Made by a program: the position numbers and the translations under genes. The notes under the pieces are model-generated. The model had not been told where the DNA came from. It saw only the letters and a list, made by a program, of their open reading frames with translations, and did not search any database. A stretch of 64,000 nucleotides of DNA. It comes from Tricharina praecox. Its lineage: Eukaryota. This document shows positions 47,996-61,122 of this stretch, one piece after another. Each line of letters begins with the position of its first letter. Within the stretch, counting starts at the first letter, position 1. The stretch spans positions 186,001 through 250,000 of the forward strand of contig NW_026250436.1 in NCBI RefSeq assembly GCF_024521635.1, written 5' to 3'.

Positions 47996-50521
47996 ATGGT
48001 GTTCACGAGTGACCGTGATCATGGCCCCAGAAACTCCGGAATCCGTGCATCACTAGACGGCTACTACGCTGCCGCCGCCCTCACCCTGACCCCGAAAAAA
48101 AGAGCTTCGGTGTCTTTGTCCAACTGGTCGCCGCTCACTACCTCCAAGAGCGCAGATCCAACCCAGCTAAATCTCTTCGACGGTTCGAGCCCGGTAGTAC
48201 CGAACACTCCGAAGCAGAAGCAGAAGCAGAAACATCATAAGCAAGCGCACCAGCAGCAGCAGAAGGATCAGCACCACTACCACCACCACAACCACCACAG
48301 CCACAACCACAACCACAACCACAACTACACCCACACTGACGACTACGACCTGCAGCAACACCCAAAACCCAGCAGAAAAATGTCGTCGTTTTTTTCTCGC
48401 TTCGGAGCGAGAAATAAATCGAGACTCACCATCGCTATCGATGTCGAAGAGCCCGTGTCGTCGCCGAAGCTGAACAACACCACCACCAACAAGAGCGACA
48501 GCAGTAACAGCAGTAGCAACAGCGTTAGCACCGCCACCCACCGCTACACACGACATAACTCGGTGCCTAACACACCCTCAACCATCGTGCCAGCCGCGAA
48601 ACTCTCGGTTCCGATCGTCGACCCATTACCACCGCCAAGCGCTTTTCGAACGATAGAGCAATTCCCGCTCTGCGTCGCATACGTCCAAGCCATCAAAACA
48701 TCGTCGCTGCCGGCATGCACGCTTTCGTCCGAAAAGATCCTGCGACAGCAGGAAGTCGAGAAGGCCGGCGGCGGCTCGAGACGCGGTCGCGCGATTCACC
48801 GTCATCACGTCTCGACGAAATCGGCGGATCTGGACTGGACGAAGAAGTTGTATGTGCTGGTGCCAGGAATTCTGCTGCAGTACTCAGGCGAAGGGATGGA
48901 TGATCGGCTGCCCGAGAAGGTGCTGCAGTTGACGGCGAGCTCACTGGCATTCGCGAGCGATGCGATTCCAGGAAGACCGTGGGTGCTCCAGGTTTATAGC
49001 AGTGCCGGAGAGGATGGAAGCGGTGCGCTGGTTCCAGAGAAGAGGAATGCGTTCATCGCCAAAGTCACGTTCTGGGGGTCCATGCGCAATTGCGTTTCGG
49101 CCATCCTCCTGGTGTTTGAGTCGGCGGAGGATATGGATGGGTGGATGGGCGCGCTGAGGATGGAGGCGGCGAGGCTGGGAGGGAAGCCCTTGGTCAAGAA
49201 GGACAAGCCACTGCCGAAGATACCCAGGACGTCGGTGGATTTGGAGATCGCGGCGGTTGAGCAGGAGGTTGAAGTTGAGGCCGAGAAGGAGGCTGAGGAA
49301 TTCGATACGAGGTTCTCGAGGCGAATCGTCATCAACCGCGACGACAGCTCCAAGACCGAGTGGTCGTCTTCAGACGAGAATGCGTCGAAGCGCGCGTCGA
49401 CCTGTCGCAACTCGACGGACGCGGAGAGATCAATCATCTCGCACGATCAGATCGTGCTGGATCAGCTGCGCGGTTCGCGTTTGTCGCTACACTCTGGTGG
49501 AGACACCACGCGCGTCATGACTGTGCAAATGTCGCCGGACACTTCGCCCGAACGATACTCGACGAAGAGCAGTCGGAATTCCTACAAGAGACGGTCGCAG
49601 GCAGTGTCGACGCAATCGCGGTCATCGATCGAACTGCGGCTGCCCCCGCATGGTCTCAGCGCTATCGATAAGGACGGGAACCTCTACTGGATCCCGCGCA
49701 CGCCCTCACCGAGCAACAAATTCGCGCTGCCGAGTTACCGGACACCGCGGACTTCGGCGATCCTTCCCGTCCCTGCGGTTCCCAGTGCGTCGCGACCGTT
49801 GACCACCGTCATCTCGTCCGAGCAGCTCGAGGAGTCGCAGACACCACGCGCAAGGCGTCCGCGTCCAGTGTCGATACAGACGATGTCGCCGTACCAAACC
49901 GCGTCACCGAAATCGACGCCGTCACCTTCGACAAAACCGCGACCCGTATCCATGCTCGACTCTCCGTCGAAATCCAACTACCACTACCGCACGCCAAAGT
50001 CGACGTCCGAGCTCCGCACGCCAAAGTCCTCGTCGGAACTGCTCACCACCGTCTCGGCACCCTCACCCGCCACGCAGCTACCAACGGTCTCGACACTCTC
50101 CCCGGTCACCATCTCTCCCCGCCGCGTAAGCGCCGCAGCGGGTCTGCCGGGTCACCCGCCCCCAATCACCATCCCTTATCGCTCGCGCTCCCTCCGCCGC
50201 CGCAGTCTGGGTGCCCTGGAGAACGAGCTCGCCCGCGGCGCGCCAAAGCATCCTCCACCGAGCATGCCACTGCCCAAGGTTCCTTCGCCGGTCGTCGAAA
50301 GCCTCGATGTCCCCGTCGTAACCCGACTATCGCAGAGTGTACCCCGCAGCACGGGTGGCAACTGGGGTGCAATGGAGAAGCGTCGACGGCGGAGTCGGCA
50401 GCAACAGACGGGACTGGGCCTGGGAATATCATTGGGCGACGATGACAATGAGAAGGAGAGGGAGCGGGCCGAGCAGAGGCACAGCTTTTGCGCGAAGGGG
50501 AGCCCGAGCGAGTTTGCGTAG
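47996..50521 (+). CDS. Uncharacterised fungal protein with a PH-like domain and long Ser/Pro-rich disordered regions
   Basis: Long intronless ORF. WTKKLYVLVPGILLQYSGEG..DRLPEKVLQL...WVLQV...LLVFESAEDMDGWMGALR resembles a PH fold. His/Gln/Asn tract near the N-terminus. Confidence 0.78.
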   Translation: MVFTSDRDHGPRNSGIRASLDGYYAAAALTLTPKKRASVSLSNWSPLTTSKSADPTQLNLFDGSSPVVPNTPKQKQKQKHHKQAHQQQQKDQHHYHHHNHHSHNHNHNHNYTHTDDYDLQQHPKPSRKMSSFFSRFGARNKSRLTIAIDVEEPVSSPKLNNTTTNKSDSSNSSSNSVSTATHRYTRHNSVPNTPSTIVPAAKLSVPIVDPLPPPSAFRTIEQFPLCVAYVQAIKTSSLPACTLSSEKILRQQEVEKAGGGSRRGRAIHRHHVSTKSADLDWTKKLYVLVPGILLQYSGEGMDDRLPEKVLQLTASSLAFASDAIPGRPWVLQVYSSAGEDGSGALVPEKRNAFIAKVTFWGSMRNCVSAILLVFESAEDMDGWMGALRMEAARLGGKPLVKKDKPLPKIPRTSVDLEIAAVEQEVEVEAEKEAEEFDTRFSRRIVINRDDSSKTEWSSSDENASKRASTCRNSTDAERSIISHDQIVLDQLRGSRLSLHSGGDTTRVMTVQMSPDTSPERYSTKSSRNSYKRRSQAVSTQSRSSIELRLPPHGLSAIDKDGNLYWIPRTPSPSNKFALPSYRTPRTSAILPVPAVPSASRPLTTVISSEQLEESQTPRARRPRPVSIQTMSPYQTASPKSTPSPSTKPRPVSMLDSPSKSNYHYRTPKSTSELRTPKSSSELLTTVSAPSPATQLPTVSTLSPVTISPRRVSAAAGLPGHPPPITIPYRSRSLRRRSLGALENELARGAPKHPPPSMPLPKVPSPVVESLDVPVVTRLSQSVPRSTGGNWGAMEKRRRRSRQQQTGLGLGISLGDDDNEKERERAEQRHSFCAKGSPSEFA

Positions 50522-51645
50522 AATAAGTTTACTCGATTTGTCTTGTCTTGTGTTTCCTGTGTTTCTTTGGGGTTTGGTGTTCCGGTTGTCTCTCCTGTTC
50601 CATTTGTTTGAGGGGTTTTTCATTTTCTTCTCATTTGTTTGATTTCATTTGTGTTTTTTTTTTGTTTTGGGTAGGGAGTTTGTGGATTTGTGGATTTGAG
50701 GGGCGGACGGGGGTGGGGGCGGGATATCTATTGCTGTATTGTACAAAACATCTGCTTGAAGTGTGCGTTTTTTGCTTTGTTTGGGGGTTCATTTGTCTTT
50801 GGATCGGATGGTGGTGTGTACAGTATATCACCGTGCATAAATGTGGCGGTTGGGGTGACTGGAGTGGCTGGAGTGATGTAAGGGGAGGGGAGTGGGAGTG
50901 GGAGGGGAGTGGGAGTGGGAGTGCGAGTGGAAGTAGCGATATCAAGGCTTGAATGACATTACACACATGGGAGACTTCGTGACTTCGTAAGCTGGAGGAC
51001 TGACGTCCCTTGCGTGATAGAGAGGATGGAATGGAGCCTTGTACAAATCGTCACTCGGTTTGGATGCTCGCTCTGACCGCTTCGAAATGTGTGGAGAAGA
51101 GACTGCTCTAAGGCTATATTACTACTGAGTTGAGTGGAATGAACTGAGGATTCCTTCATTATGCAAGGCCTGGATTTTGCGTCAATGTTACTGTCACCAG
51201 ACTCTGCCATGAATGATGATGGTACATCCAACAATGCCAAAGCCCAACATGTGTGGAGTACACTCCTCCGTATTATACTATGGTTTGGTTGATAGATAGA
51301 TACGGCCAGCCGTGGGATCGAATGGTCCGAGTGATTACATAGCTATCGATAGAGTCCTCTCGGATTCTACGCAGGGTACTCGGCGCTGTCCCTGCTGGTG
51401 ACTCTTGAGTGTCTCCCCCATGGTCCATCATCACCATCGGCCCCCTGCCACAGACCTGACGAGTGACACACCATGCCCATCGTCAGAATACTCTAACCTA
51501 CGCCATGAAGTATGTGCAAAAGTCAAGCTGCAAGAGCCAGCTGTCCCCAAGGAAAGCTTAACTCTACTTCCCACTGCCCCCGCCCTCACAGTCTTAAATC
51601 AAAACCAAAACCAAATGCTCCCATCCTCCAACATCTTCATCAGTA

Positions 51646-51757
51646 ATGGCACCCACCGACCCTGAGCGTGGGCCGCAACCCCAAGCCGGCGTGCTCAAGG
51701 CCCAGGCCATCAGCAGGACGTGGACTCGGCGGTCGCTCTGGATAGCATACGCTGGGT

Positions 51758-51797
<40 letters not shown>

Positions 51798-53476
51798 CTC
51801 CCGTGCAGTACTGATGCAGACGGGACAGAATGTTCCTGATGTGCATCTCGACCTCCTTGGACCAGCAAACGACCAACAACCTCGTCTCCTTCGCCACGTC
51901 GTCCTTCAACTCTCACTCGCTGCTCTCCACCGTCGCCGTAATAACTAACATCCTCAACGCGGTGATGCAGCCACCCATCGCCAAGTTCTCCGACGTCTTC
52001 GGGCGGACCGAAGCGTTCACTCTCGCCATAACACTGTACATCCTCGGCGCAGCCCTGACCGCAAGCAGCGGATCCATCGCCGCGTACACTTTAGCCAAAG
52101 TCTTCGACGCGGCCGGCAACACATCCTTACGGATGCTGCAGCAAGTGTTCATAGCAGACACCTCTGACCTCCTAAACCGCGCGCTGATGAGCTCGCTGCC
52201 AGACGTCCCCTTCCTCGCGACCGTCTGGCTCGGCCCCGTGATCGGCGGGCCCCTCGCCACGCGCGGCGCCTGGCGCTGGGCATACGGCATGTGGGCGCTC
52301 ATCACGCCCGTGTGCTCCGCGCCGCTATTCTGGTGCTTGTGGGCGAGCGAGCGGAAGGCGCGGCGGGCGGGCGCGCGCATCACATACCCGTGGCGCGGCG
52401 GCGGGTGCTGGGCGGGCGCGCGCCGCCTCGCCACCGAGCTGGACGTGGGCGGGATGCTCCTGCTTACCGCGGGGTTCGCGCTGCTGCTGGCGCCGCTGAC
52501 GCTGCGACAGGGCGGCAGCGGCTGGAACCAGCCGGGGATCATCGCCTGCTTCGTCATCGGCGGGGTGGCGCTGCTGCTGTTCCCCGTGTGGGAGTCGCGC
52601 GCGCCGCACCCCATCGTGCCGCTGGAGCTGTTCAAGAACCGCACGGTGGTGGCGGGGTGCACGCTCGGCCTCTTCTACTTCGCTGCGTTCTTCCTGTCGG
52701 TCCAGCCTTACTTCTTTTCGTACCTGGTTGTGGCACGCGATCATGGCCCCGTCGCCGCGGGGCATATCGTACATATATTCTCGTTTGCGTGCACGGTTGC
52801 GGTGCTGGGGGCAGGTGCGGTGATTAAGCGCGTGGGAGAGTATAAGCGGATTCTGTTGGTGGGGGTGGCGGCGTATACAACGGGTATAGGCCTCATGCTG
52901 AGGTTTCGCACGAGGGAGGCGAGTACTGCGGCTGTGGTAATAGTGCAGGTCCTTGTCGGGGTGGGTGGTGGATTGATCAATGTTCCCACGCAGCTGGGGA
53001 TCCAGGCGAGTGTGGGCAGTGGAGACGTGGCGTGCGCGACCGCCGTGTTCCTGACTACGGTGTCGCTGGGCGGCGCGGTGGGCAGTGCCGTGAGCGGCGC
53101 TGTGTGGAGTCGCCTGCTGCATGCGAAGCTGGTGGCGTATCTCCCCGAGGAGAGCATGGGGATGCTGGAGAATATCTTTGGGGATTTTACTGTAGCGAAG
53201 GCGTTCCCCATGGGTGGGGAGACGAGGGTGGCCATTGGGAGGGCCTACGATGAGACGATGCGCACGCTGCTGATCATCGCGCTGTGTGTGTGTGCGCCGC
53301 TGTGGCCGATGGCGCTGTGTATGAAGAGCTTGAAGCTGCGGGATGTCGAGACGGAGGAGAAGGGGGTGATTATTGGGGGAGGGAGGAAGGTGGAGGTGGA
53401 GGACGAGGGGCAGCAGGAGGTGGAGGACGAGGGGCAGCCGGAGGGTGGGAATGAGTTGGATGAGAGGAAGGCGTAG
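51646..53476 (+). CDS. MFS siderophore-iron transporter (SIT/ARN family, MirB/MirC-like), 2 exons
   Basis: Exon 1 MAPTDPE...GVLKAQAISRTW...AYAG, then a poly-C intron (~51756-51828). Motifs ATSSFNSHSLLST, PPIAKFSDVFGR, FIADTSDLLNR, WRWAYGMW and ELDVGG; about 14 TM segments. Confidence 0.9.
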
Positions 53477-53719
53477 GTTGCAGGAGATGTCACTCGTCTG
53501 GTCTTGGGGACAGTCTATTAGTTTTAGTATTCCCCCATTCCTTCAGTATTTGCAAGCAATTAATGTTCTCTCTATTCCGCCAGCTACACAAACAAGTACG
53601 CAGTAGTAAACCAAATCAACCAGTATAACAGCAATGGTATCACATCTATCGCAAACCCCACCATCTATCCAAAAGCGCACAAAACCAAAACAAGATCCAA
53701 AGAAATCACCCACTATCAA

Positions 53720-55949
53720 TCACGCCTTCCCCCTGCCCCTGTGCCTGAGCAACCCTACCACAGTAACCGCAAAGCCCAGAATCACCACGAGGGTAGAGAT
53801 CCAATACGCATTCCGATAGCACTCCAATCCGCTGCTGCACCACCTGCGTCCTTGGTCGTCGCGGACACTGTGGTCGTCAAACACCTTGCCGTAGAACAGA
53901 TTCAGCGTGTTCCCCGAGATGACGGCGGCGATCGTCATGGTCCCCCAATTAGTGGACAGGCCGTGGACACCGAAGGCCTCGCTGACGATTGTGGGCATCA
54001 CGCCGAAGAGGAAGCCGTACCCCAGCCCTGTCAGGGTGGACACTGCCCAGAGGTGCACGGGGTTGCTGATGTTCAATGCCGCGAGTTGCGCGATGAAAAA
54101 GAGCAACGAGCTGAAGATGATGAGCCAGAGGCGCTGCGTGCCGAACTTTCTGATCAGGACGTCGGAGGATATGCCTGCGCAAGTTAGAGTGGAATTTGGG
54201 GGAGAGGGTGGAGGGGACGAACCGCTGAGTATGCGCCCCGTGCAAGATCCGATGGAGATGATCGAGACGTGCAGTGACTGTCGGGCTTGGACGAAATCAG
54301 CGCCTTTGGAGGGGTCGTACACGTTCCAGAGGGCTTGCGCGTTGTGACCGATGTTGCTGTTCTCATCAGCACACACACTCCCGCTCCATCCCAACGAGAG
54401 AACCCACTTGATGGTCATCAACCCGACTCCGGTAAGTGCTCCCAGCATGGTAAATATCAACCAAAATTCCGAGCTCCGCACGAGCGCCCATCCTCGAATA
54501 TCTACATGGTGAGCAACACCGACACCCGAGTCACTATGTGCGTCCCTAGTACTACGAATACTCTCGGCATCCCGGATGTTCTCATCACTCGATGTCGAGG
54601 ACGATGTGGATTTTGAAAACAGCGACGACTCCTCGTCCGGGATCGGGTCGGGGTTGGGAATGACAATGAGGGCTGGCAGTTGGGGATGGTCTTGGGCTGT
54701 ACCTAGCGAATCATCATCGGCGTACCGTCCCGAGTGTCCGCTCTCTCCGGACTTTGTGCGGTGGAGATGCAGTCTGCTGGCGGCTGCCTCGGGGTCGTGA
54801 CTCGGGACAGCGGCGTAGGATCCCGGCACCGGCACAATGCGGCAGAAGAAGAATGCGACTACGACGATGCCGCTCGTAGCGATGGCCAGCATGAGGAGGA
54901 ATGAGTCCGTGTTGCCGGGAAAGAGCCAGGAGGATAGACACGAGAAGAAGAAGGCGCTGAGGCCGAATGCGGCGAGCGGGAGGGCTGTGGCCGTACCGCG
55001 GTGTCCGGGCCAGTTGAGGGCCGCTTCCAGCCGTCAGCCTCCGTCGCACCAGACTTCGGACGGGAGAGCTCACCCATCTTTAGCGCCCCCCCAAAAGCGC
55101 AACAACTCCCTACCCCCGTCAAGGTGGAGAAGAAGCAGAGCGCAGGAATGCTCATGTATCCCTCGCCATTCAACATCGCTACCCTCCACACCGTATCAGC
55201 CCTCTGCCCATAGCCTCTCTTCTCCGCCGACGACGTACCTAGGTGAATAGGAAAATATCCCAAAAACAGACAGACGGCGCCGATCAGCATCGGCGGACGC
55301 GGGCCCTTGTTGTCGACCAGCATTCCGCTCGGGATTCCTACGGCACTCGTCAACGTCCGCTTTCCTCGCACCCGCAGCCGTGGCCGGGAGTAGTCGATCG
55401 ATGCATACCGGAGAGGTACATTCCTACACGCATAGCCGTTAGCACTCTGCGCTCTTCACTCAGCACTCCGCACTCTCCAACCCACACTCCACACTCCACA
55501 CTCCACACTCCACACTCCACACTCCACACTCCACACTCCACACTCCACACTCCACACTCCCCCCTTAAGCTCCCCCGCCAGCGCACTCACCGAGATTCCC
55601 AAAAGTCCCCTAACCGTCCACGTCCCACAATCAGCCCCCTTCCGCTCCCATCTCGCACCGCGTCCGCGTGACAGTACTCACGATCAGATTACTCTCCGTC
55701 GCGCTCAGCGCCAGTCGTTCGGCCAGTTGTGGTGCGTAGGCCGAGTAGGCGTACTATTTTGCATCAGCCCCCGTCTCGCATCTCCTATCCCATCCCCATC
55801 CCCCATCTCCTATCCACCACCACCACCCCCCACATTCCCACAAGAGAGAGCGAGCGTACATTCGTCCCCGCCGCCAACGAAATGGCCATGGAAGCCACCA
55901 AGCTCACCACGCGCGCGGCGTGGAGTTGTTGTTCCCGAGTGCGCGCCAT
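53720..55949 (-). CDS. MCH1-like (nodulin-like/OFA) MFS transporter, ~9 exons including micro-exons
   Basis: Spliced N-terminus MARTRE...SLAAGTN/YAYSAYAPQLAERL..ESNLI/GTFGNL/GMYLS/GIPSGMLVDNKGPR. Also HRGTATALPLAAFGLSAFFF, EFWLIF..LTGVGLMTI/NNIG, and FGVHGLSTNWG. Confidence 0.88.
55482..55559. repeat. 7-bp tandem repeat (CACACTC)n, ~11 copies, intronic
   Basis: Seen directly between the two micro-exons of the MCH1-like gene. Confidence 0.92.
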
Positions 55950-58346
55950 CGTCTGTCTGTCGTTCGTGTTGTGCGGAGATTGACTAGGGGAGAGAGGTGG
56001 GGGGGGAGCTGTAGCTTTTGTAGACCTGCCCTGTCGCAGCTCCAGGGCACCTGGCTACTCACATAGCGAGCACAGAGATGGACGCAAGATAAGCGCACGC
56101 TGCAGTTCTTCAGTCCAGTGTCCACGGCACTCCCCTTCCAGATTACATAGCCTAATCAGACTTTTTATTTTCCTTTGCTTGCTACTTGCTCATGTACGGC
56201 CACAGCCGGTCGTCCCGGCGACCCGACGACTTACATACAGATCATACAGATCACACAGAACATCATAGTACATGCTGCAGCTAGAGCAGCCACGGTGCAG
56301 TGCGCATTCTTGAGATGGCAGACGCAGGGTCCTGTCGTAATAGTTACGCAAGAGGAGAGGGGACAGCCCGGACTCCGCACATCACAACTTCCCCAAGTTC
56401 CCACTAGAGTACTTGGTTACGTACCGGTGCTATGCAGTCCGTGTATCATACCGCTGCGGACGTCCGTTCCTCCCCCGGCAGCTGCGACAGCGCCGACCGA
56501 GTTGAAGCTTTCTTTCTTTCTTTTTCGTTCTGGAATCCATTCCCCCGCACTGCAAGAGCAAGAGCTGGAGAAAATACCTAGAGAAAGAGAGCATCCCGTG
56601 CCCTTCGTTCAGGCTCACCCCCGCCATCCCGCCATCCGGTGATGTCTGAACTCACGCGGACATTGGCGAAGTTTCGGATGGGGCCGGAGACATGGTGGGA
56701 TACGTCCATCTGCCGAGCTCGGAGTTTCCAGGGGGAGATGACTGTCAACAAGTCAACTGCCAACGACCATCGCAACTGAAAACACCATGTAGCTACGCAT
56801 GTAACATTGTAAAATACAGATCCATCACCAGATTTACCACCTCGACATGTCGCGTTTCCCAGTGCCTGATGACAACAGATATGCATACCTACATAACTAG
56901 AGTAGGGTGCCAGCAATTCAAGCTTCGCCTCCTGTCCATCGCATTTCCGCACAGTCCTGAAAACGCACACTCCCGTTCCAACTTCCGACAGACGCGCACT
57001 GATGTGTACCATACTACCATCACTAATCGCTCCAGACTATGATTGAAGGCATCGCACGTGACTTGCGACCCGTCCCGGTCGAACCCCCGGTCCCCCGCAG
57101 CCAGCAACGGCTAGGTATGTCTAACATCGCAGCCAACATATACAGACAAAACAATCGCCAACTAAAAGAAGAAAAAACAACGTCTTCGGTCTCCTAGGTA
57201 TCCGTGGTCGGGGTCCGAACCGTCGTTCCCACTCTTGACTCTTGAGCCGGAAATGCTCATATCCTGTCACTCGCCCGGCTCCGGAGTCTCGAGGGGACTC
57301 AAATATATCGGAAACCATCTCGACTCGTACCCCCTGGAGCCCAGAAGCCTTGATGTAAATATCCGAGGCGTGTCGTCTTCTAACTACCTACATAGTACTG
57401 AGTAGCTAACTACCTACATAGTACTGAGTAGCTACCTACCTAGCAGCTACTCTACTATAGAGGCACTGGATTTAAGTATGGTACCATCGCCGTCCGATTC
57501 CACAGCTGGGCTACGATTTGGCCGTTTGAATTGGCGGAGATACCGAATAATAGCCTCGTAGCGGAGCTCATATGAGTGAGTAGCCAGCGCCACAGACCAC
57601 GGGCAACACGCCTTCCGCTATGTAGAGTGGTATGTACAGCATCTCGCCGCGCAGGCTGCAATCATAGATGTCACTCGGAATTCCGGGCGCTTCAATTGTT
57701 TAACATACTGGTAGTTTGGCGGTTGTATCCCCTCAGCCTTCAGGCGACGTACATAGCAAGTTTTTCTCTTCTTGTTGGATGTGGTAGTGGCACACCTGGG
57801 ACGGTAAGACGGGTTTATGGAACGAGCGAGCGTCGAGTACGGTACGGTGGTCCTTCACACTATAGTATGGGCTCGTTCTAGATATTCGAATCGTTTGAGC
57901 TTTGAAGGTACTTAGTTGGATGGCCAATTCAATCGATTTCCTTGCGCCGACTCGACAAAACGATGGTGGGTAGGGAAATGGAGTTTGTACTCAGTCATGA
58001 TCTAGTAATATTATGGTCGAATGCTATGATGATTGAACAAAATAAAACAAAAAAACGCCGCCTTCACCACTCACAGCGTGCTCCAGCCACACATAATCTA
58101 GAATGGTTAGGTAGCCCATATACAACTCAAATAGATAGTGGATGCTCTGTAAAATTGTTTGCGTACAGTTACGGCGTAGGATTCTCCAGTGCTTGGCAAA
58201 TGACCGGGGCGGTGGAGCTGGCGTCTATCCGTGATCCATCAGCTTCGCGCCCGTACATATGTAAGGAGAGCTTCCAATCCACATCCCGCCGGTGATAGTT
58301 ACCCCACCGGACATCACAACTACGCCATCCTCGACCACAGCTAGCT

Positions 58347-61122
58347 ATGTCCTCGCAAGCTCGAGTAAGTGAGCCGGGACCGCTGCCGTTCGGTACATAC
58401 ATAGAGGCGTATCTGATGCTCCACAGAACCACACAGCCGGAGTGGGAGCTGCAGAGAGCTCTACCCCCGCCGATCCGGTACTAGCCCAGCAGGCCCTGGC
58501 CGACACCACCGATCTCGAGCAGACTCTACAAACAGTGAAAGGGGAGGAAGAGGATGGGGGAAGAGGGGCGGTGGTAGTGATGGATGCGGCAGCGGAGAGC
58601 GATGAACCTCCGGCAAAAAAGAAACTCCGGCGGTCGAGCGATCCGGACAGGGCCCGCCTCCCGCAACCCACAAGAATAGCCCCGACCCGTCCCGAGTTCA
58701 TACCGTTCACGGCACCGAACCTCTGCAAGGAGTATGGCATCCACTACGACAATCTCGGCTTCGCGGGCTTTGCGGTCCGCCAGGGATGGCGCCTACAACC
58801 GTCCGATCCGTGTGAGGCCGCGTGCACGGAATCGCCGGGGACGTACTGCGCAACACATGGCAGTTTCCGATCGCAGCTGATCTTCCGGGCGGATGGGGGC
58901 TTTTCTTCCAATAGCGAGAAGGTGTGCTTCTTGCAAGCATGGTTGTTCTTCGGCATGCTTGGGGAGGTCTCCGCGGCGTGTGAGTTCCCCATTGATATCG
59001 AAGCGGACTTTCTCGTGGACGGCGGGCAGAGCGTGTCGACGGCGGCAGTGAATGGGCTTGCTCTCGGGTGGTTCTCTGCGCTCGGCAGGCAACATCCTCA
59101 ACGGCAGAAAGGGAACCTGGAGCGTGTACTGGCCGCCCTGCGGCAGCTCACGGTTGTACGCTCGACATTCTTGCTGTATCCGCGCACAGAGCAGACTCCG
59201 GGGCCGGATCGGAATGTTGCGGAGCCGAGAGATTATCGCGTGCTTTTGTCGATTGAGGTTTTGCAGAAGGCGGTGGTGTTGTCGCTTAGCTACCATCCTC
59301 CGGAGATCACCAATGAGCTTTCTGCGCCCTCTCCCGATGGGGTGCGGGAGGATAAGCGGTACTTGCACGGGACCCATTTCAATCCCGAAAAGCGAGTGAA
59401 GGAGATCGAGAGCAAAGCGCTCGAGGCAAAGGGGTGGTGTAGAAGCCAGACCAGGCGGTTGGGCGAGCTCGACACGAGCTACCTTGTTTTTGCGAATAGT
59501 CTGGAACGGCCTTTGCTTGCACAGGCGAATCACGGCGAGTGTAATGATTTGGTCTGTAAAGCTGATCATGTCGGCGATGAGGCGGGCTACAGGAGTGTGC
59601 ATTATTCGGACTGTAGTGGCACTTGCGGCGATCTGGTTTCGGTGGACGGCGAACAACTCGCAGCAGTGCTGAAGCGTGGAGGCATACCGAGAATCGCGAT
59701 CTCTGACGATCTTCAATTAACTGTTGTCGATGAAGGACCATATGTCTGCATCTCACACGTCTGTAAGTGCACCGACATCCTTCTGCGAGTGCATATTTCT
59801 AACGGAGCCCAGGGATGCATGGTATGGGTAACCCCCATAGCAACTCCCTTCCCCGTTGCCAACTCCTCCGGCTCCGGAGTCAGATCTCAGCGGCATCTCG
59901 ACATCAGTCTCCCTCCTTATGGATGGACACGCTCTGCATCCCCGTGCAGCCCGAACTGAAGGAATACCGCAAGAAAGCAATCACCCTCCTTGGCCGTACC
60001 TTCCTGGAGGCAACATCAATCCTCGTCCTCGATCGGGAGCTGGAGAAGATACGATCTTCGCGCACCTCCTTCCTTGAGCTCACGCTCCGAATAGTCTGTA
60101 GTGGATGGATGCAGCGACTCTGGACGTACCAAGAGGCGGCGTGCGCGCTTGAGGATCTTGCCAACCTCAACGGCCGGATGCTATTCTTCCAAATGGCGGA
60201 CGGAACCCTGAATTACGACTCTCTCGCCTCCTTCGCCTACCACCTTGGTGTCGGAGACGGCCGTTTCCAACTCCAAGAGAGTGAATTCATCAGTGCGCAC
60301 CTCTACGAGCGAGCTTACTCCGAGCTACTCCGGCGCATACCGTCCCTCCGCGCGCTCCAAGCCGCCACCTCCTCCTTCACACTGATCTGGAACGCGGTAG
60401 CCAGCCGGACCACCAGCAAGCTGGACGACGAGCCCTTGATCCTCGCAATCATCATGCAACTCGACGTCTCTGCTATCCTACAGCAGCCGACAATCCCGCA
60501 GAAATTCCAGGCGCTCTACCAGATGATGGGCAAACTCTCCGCCGACGTCGTATTCGACCCATCGACCCGCAAACTGCTGCACGCCCCCTTCCGCTGGGCG
60601 CCAGCCTCGCTGCTCAGACACGCAAACACCCTCACCGTCACGCCGAGCCAGTGGGGCAGCTGCACGCCCAACGGGCTGAATATCGTCTACCCGGGGTTTC
60701 TGCTGCACGACCAGGGCGAGACCACGGTAACGGTAACAGTAACAGGCTCGTTCATATTCCACGACGATTCCACAGGCGCGCGCTTCAAGGCGTTTAACAT
60801 AATCGATCCAGTTTCGGGGGGAAACTCACTGCAGCTATCGCGGAGCTCGGGGATAGTTTTCGGGAGTCTGAATGGTGCGGCCATCGTGGAGATCGAGAGG
60901 GAGGAGGACGTCGACGTGTGGGAGATGCCGGACTTGATGGTCGGTGCTGGACTTCACCACTTTGAGACGGAGTCGGAGTCCGAGGATACGCAGGGCCCGT
61001 GGAAAGTGCTGTATGCTACCGTCGTCGGGTATGTGGATATGGCGGGCCCCATAGACGCCCCCGGGCAGCCGGGATTTTCGGCAAAGGCGCTGTCGGTATG
61101 GCAACGGTGGGTTATTACATGA
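58347..61122 (+). CDS. HET-domain (heterokaryon incompatibility-type) protein, 3 exons
   Basis: Exon 1 MSSQAR, intron ~58365-58426. Intron 59763-59812 restores YVCISHVWMHGMGNP. Motifs FLQAWLFFGML, NSLPRCQL, LWMDTLCIP, ILVLD, WMQRLWTYQE, RTTSKLDDE and FRWAPASLL. Confidence 0.88.

Noticed and set aside
40516..53476. MET8 plus siderophore transporter as an iron cluster
   Set aside because: About 10 kb apart with unrelated genes between, and no NRPS or sidA-like gene in the window.
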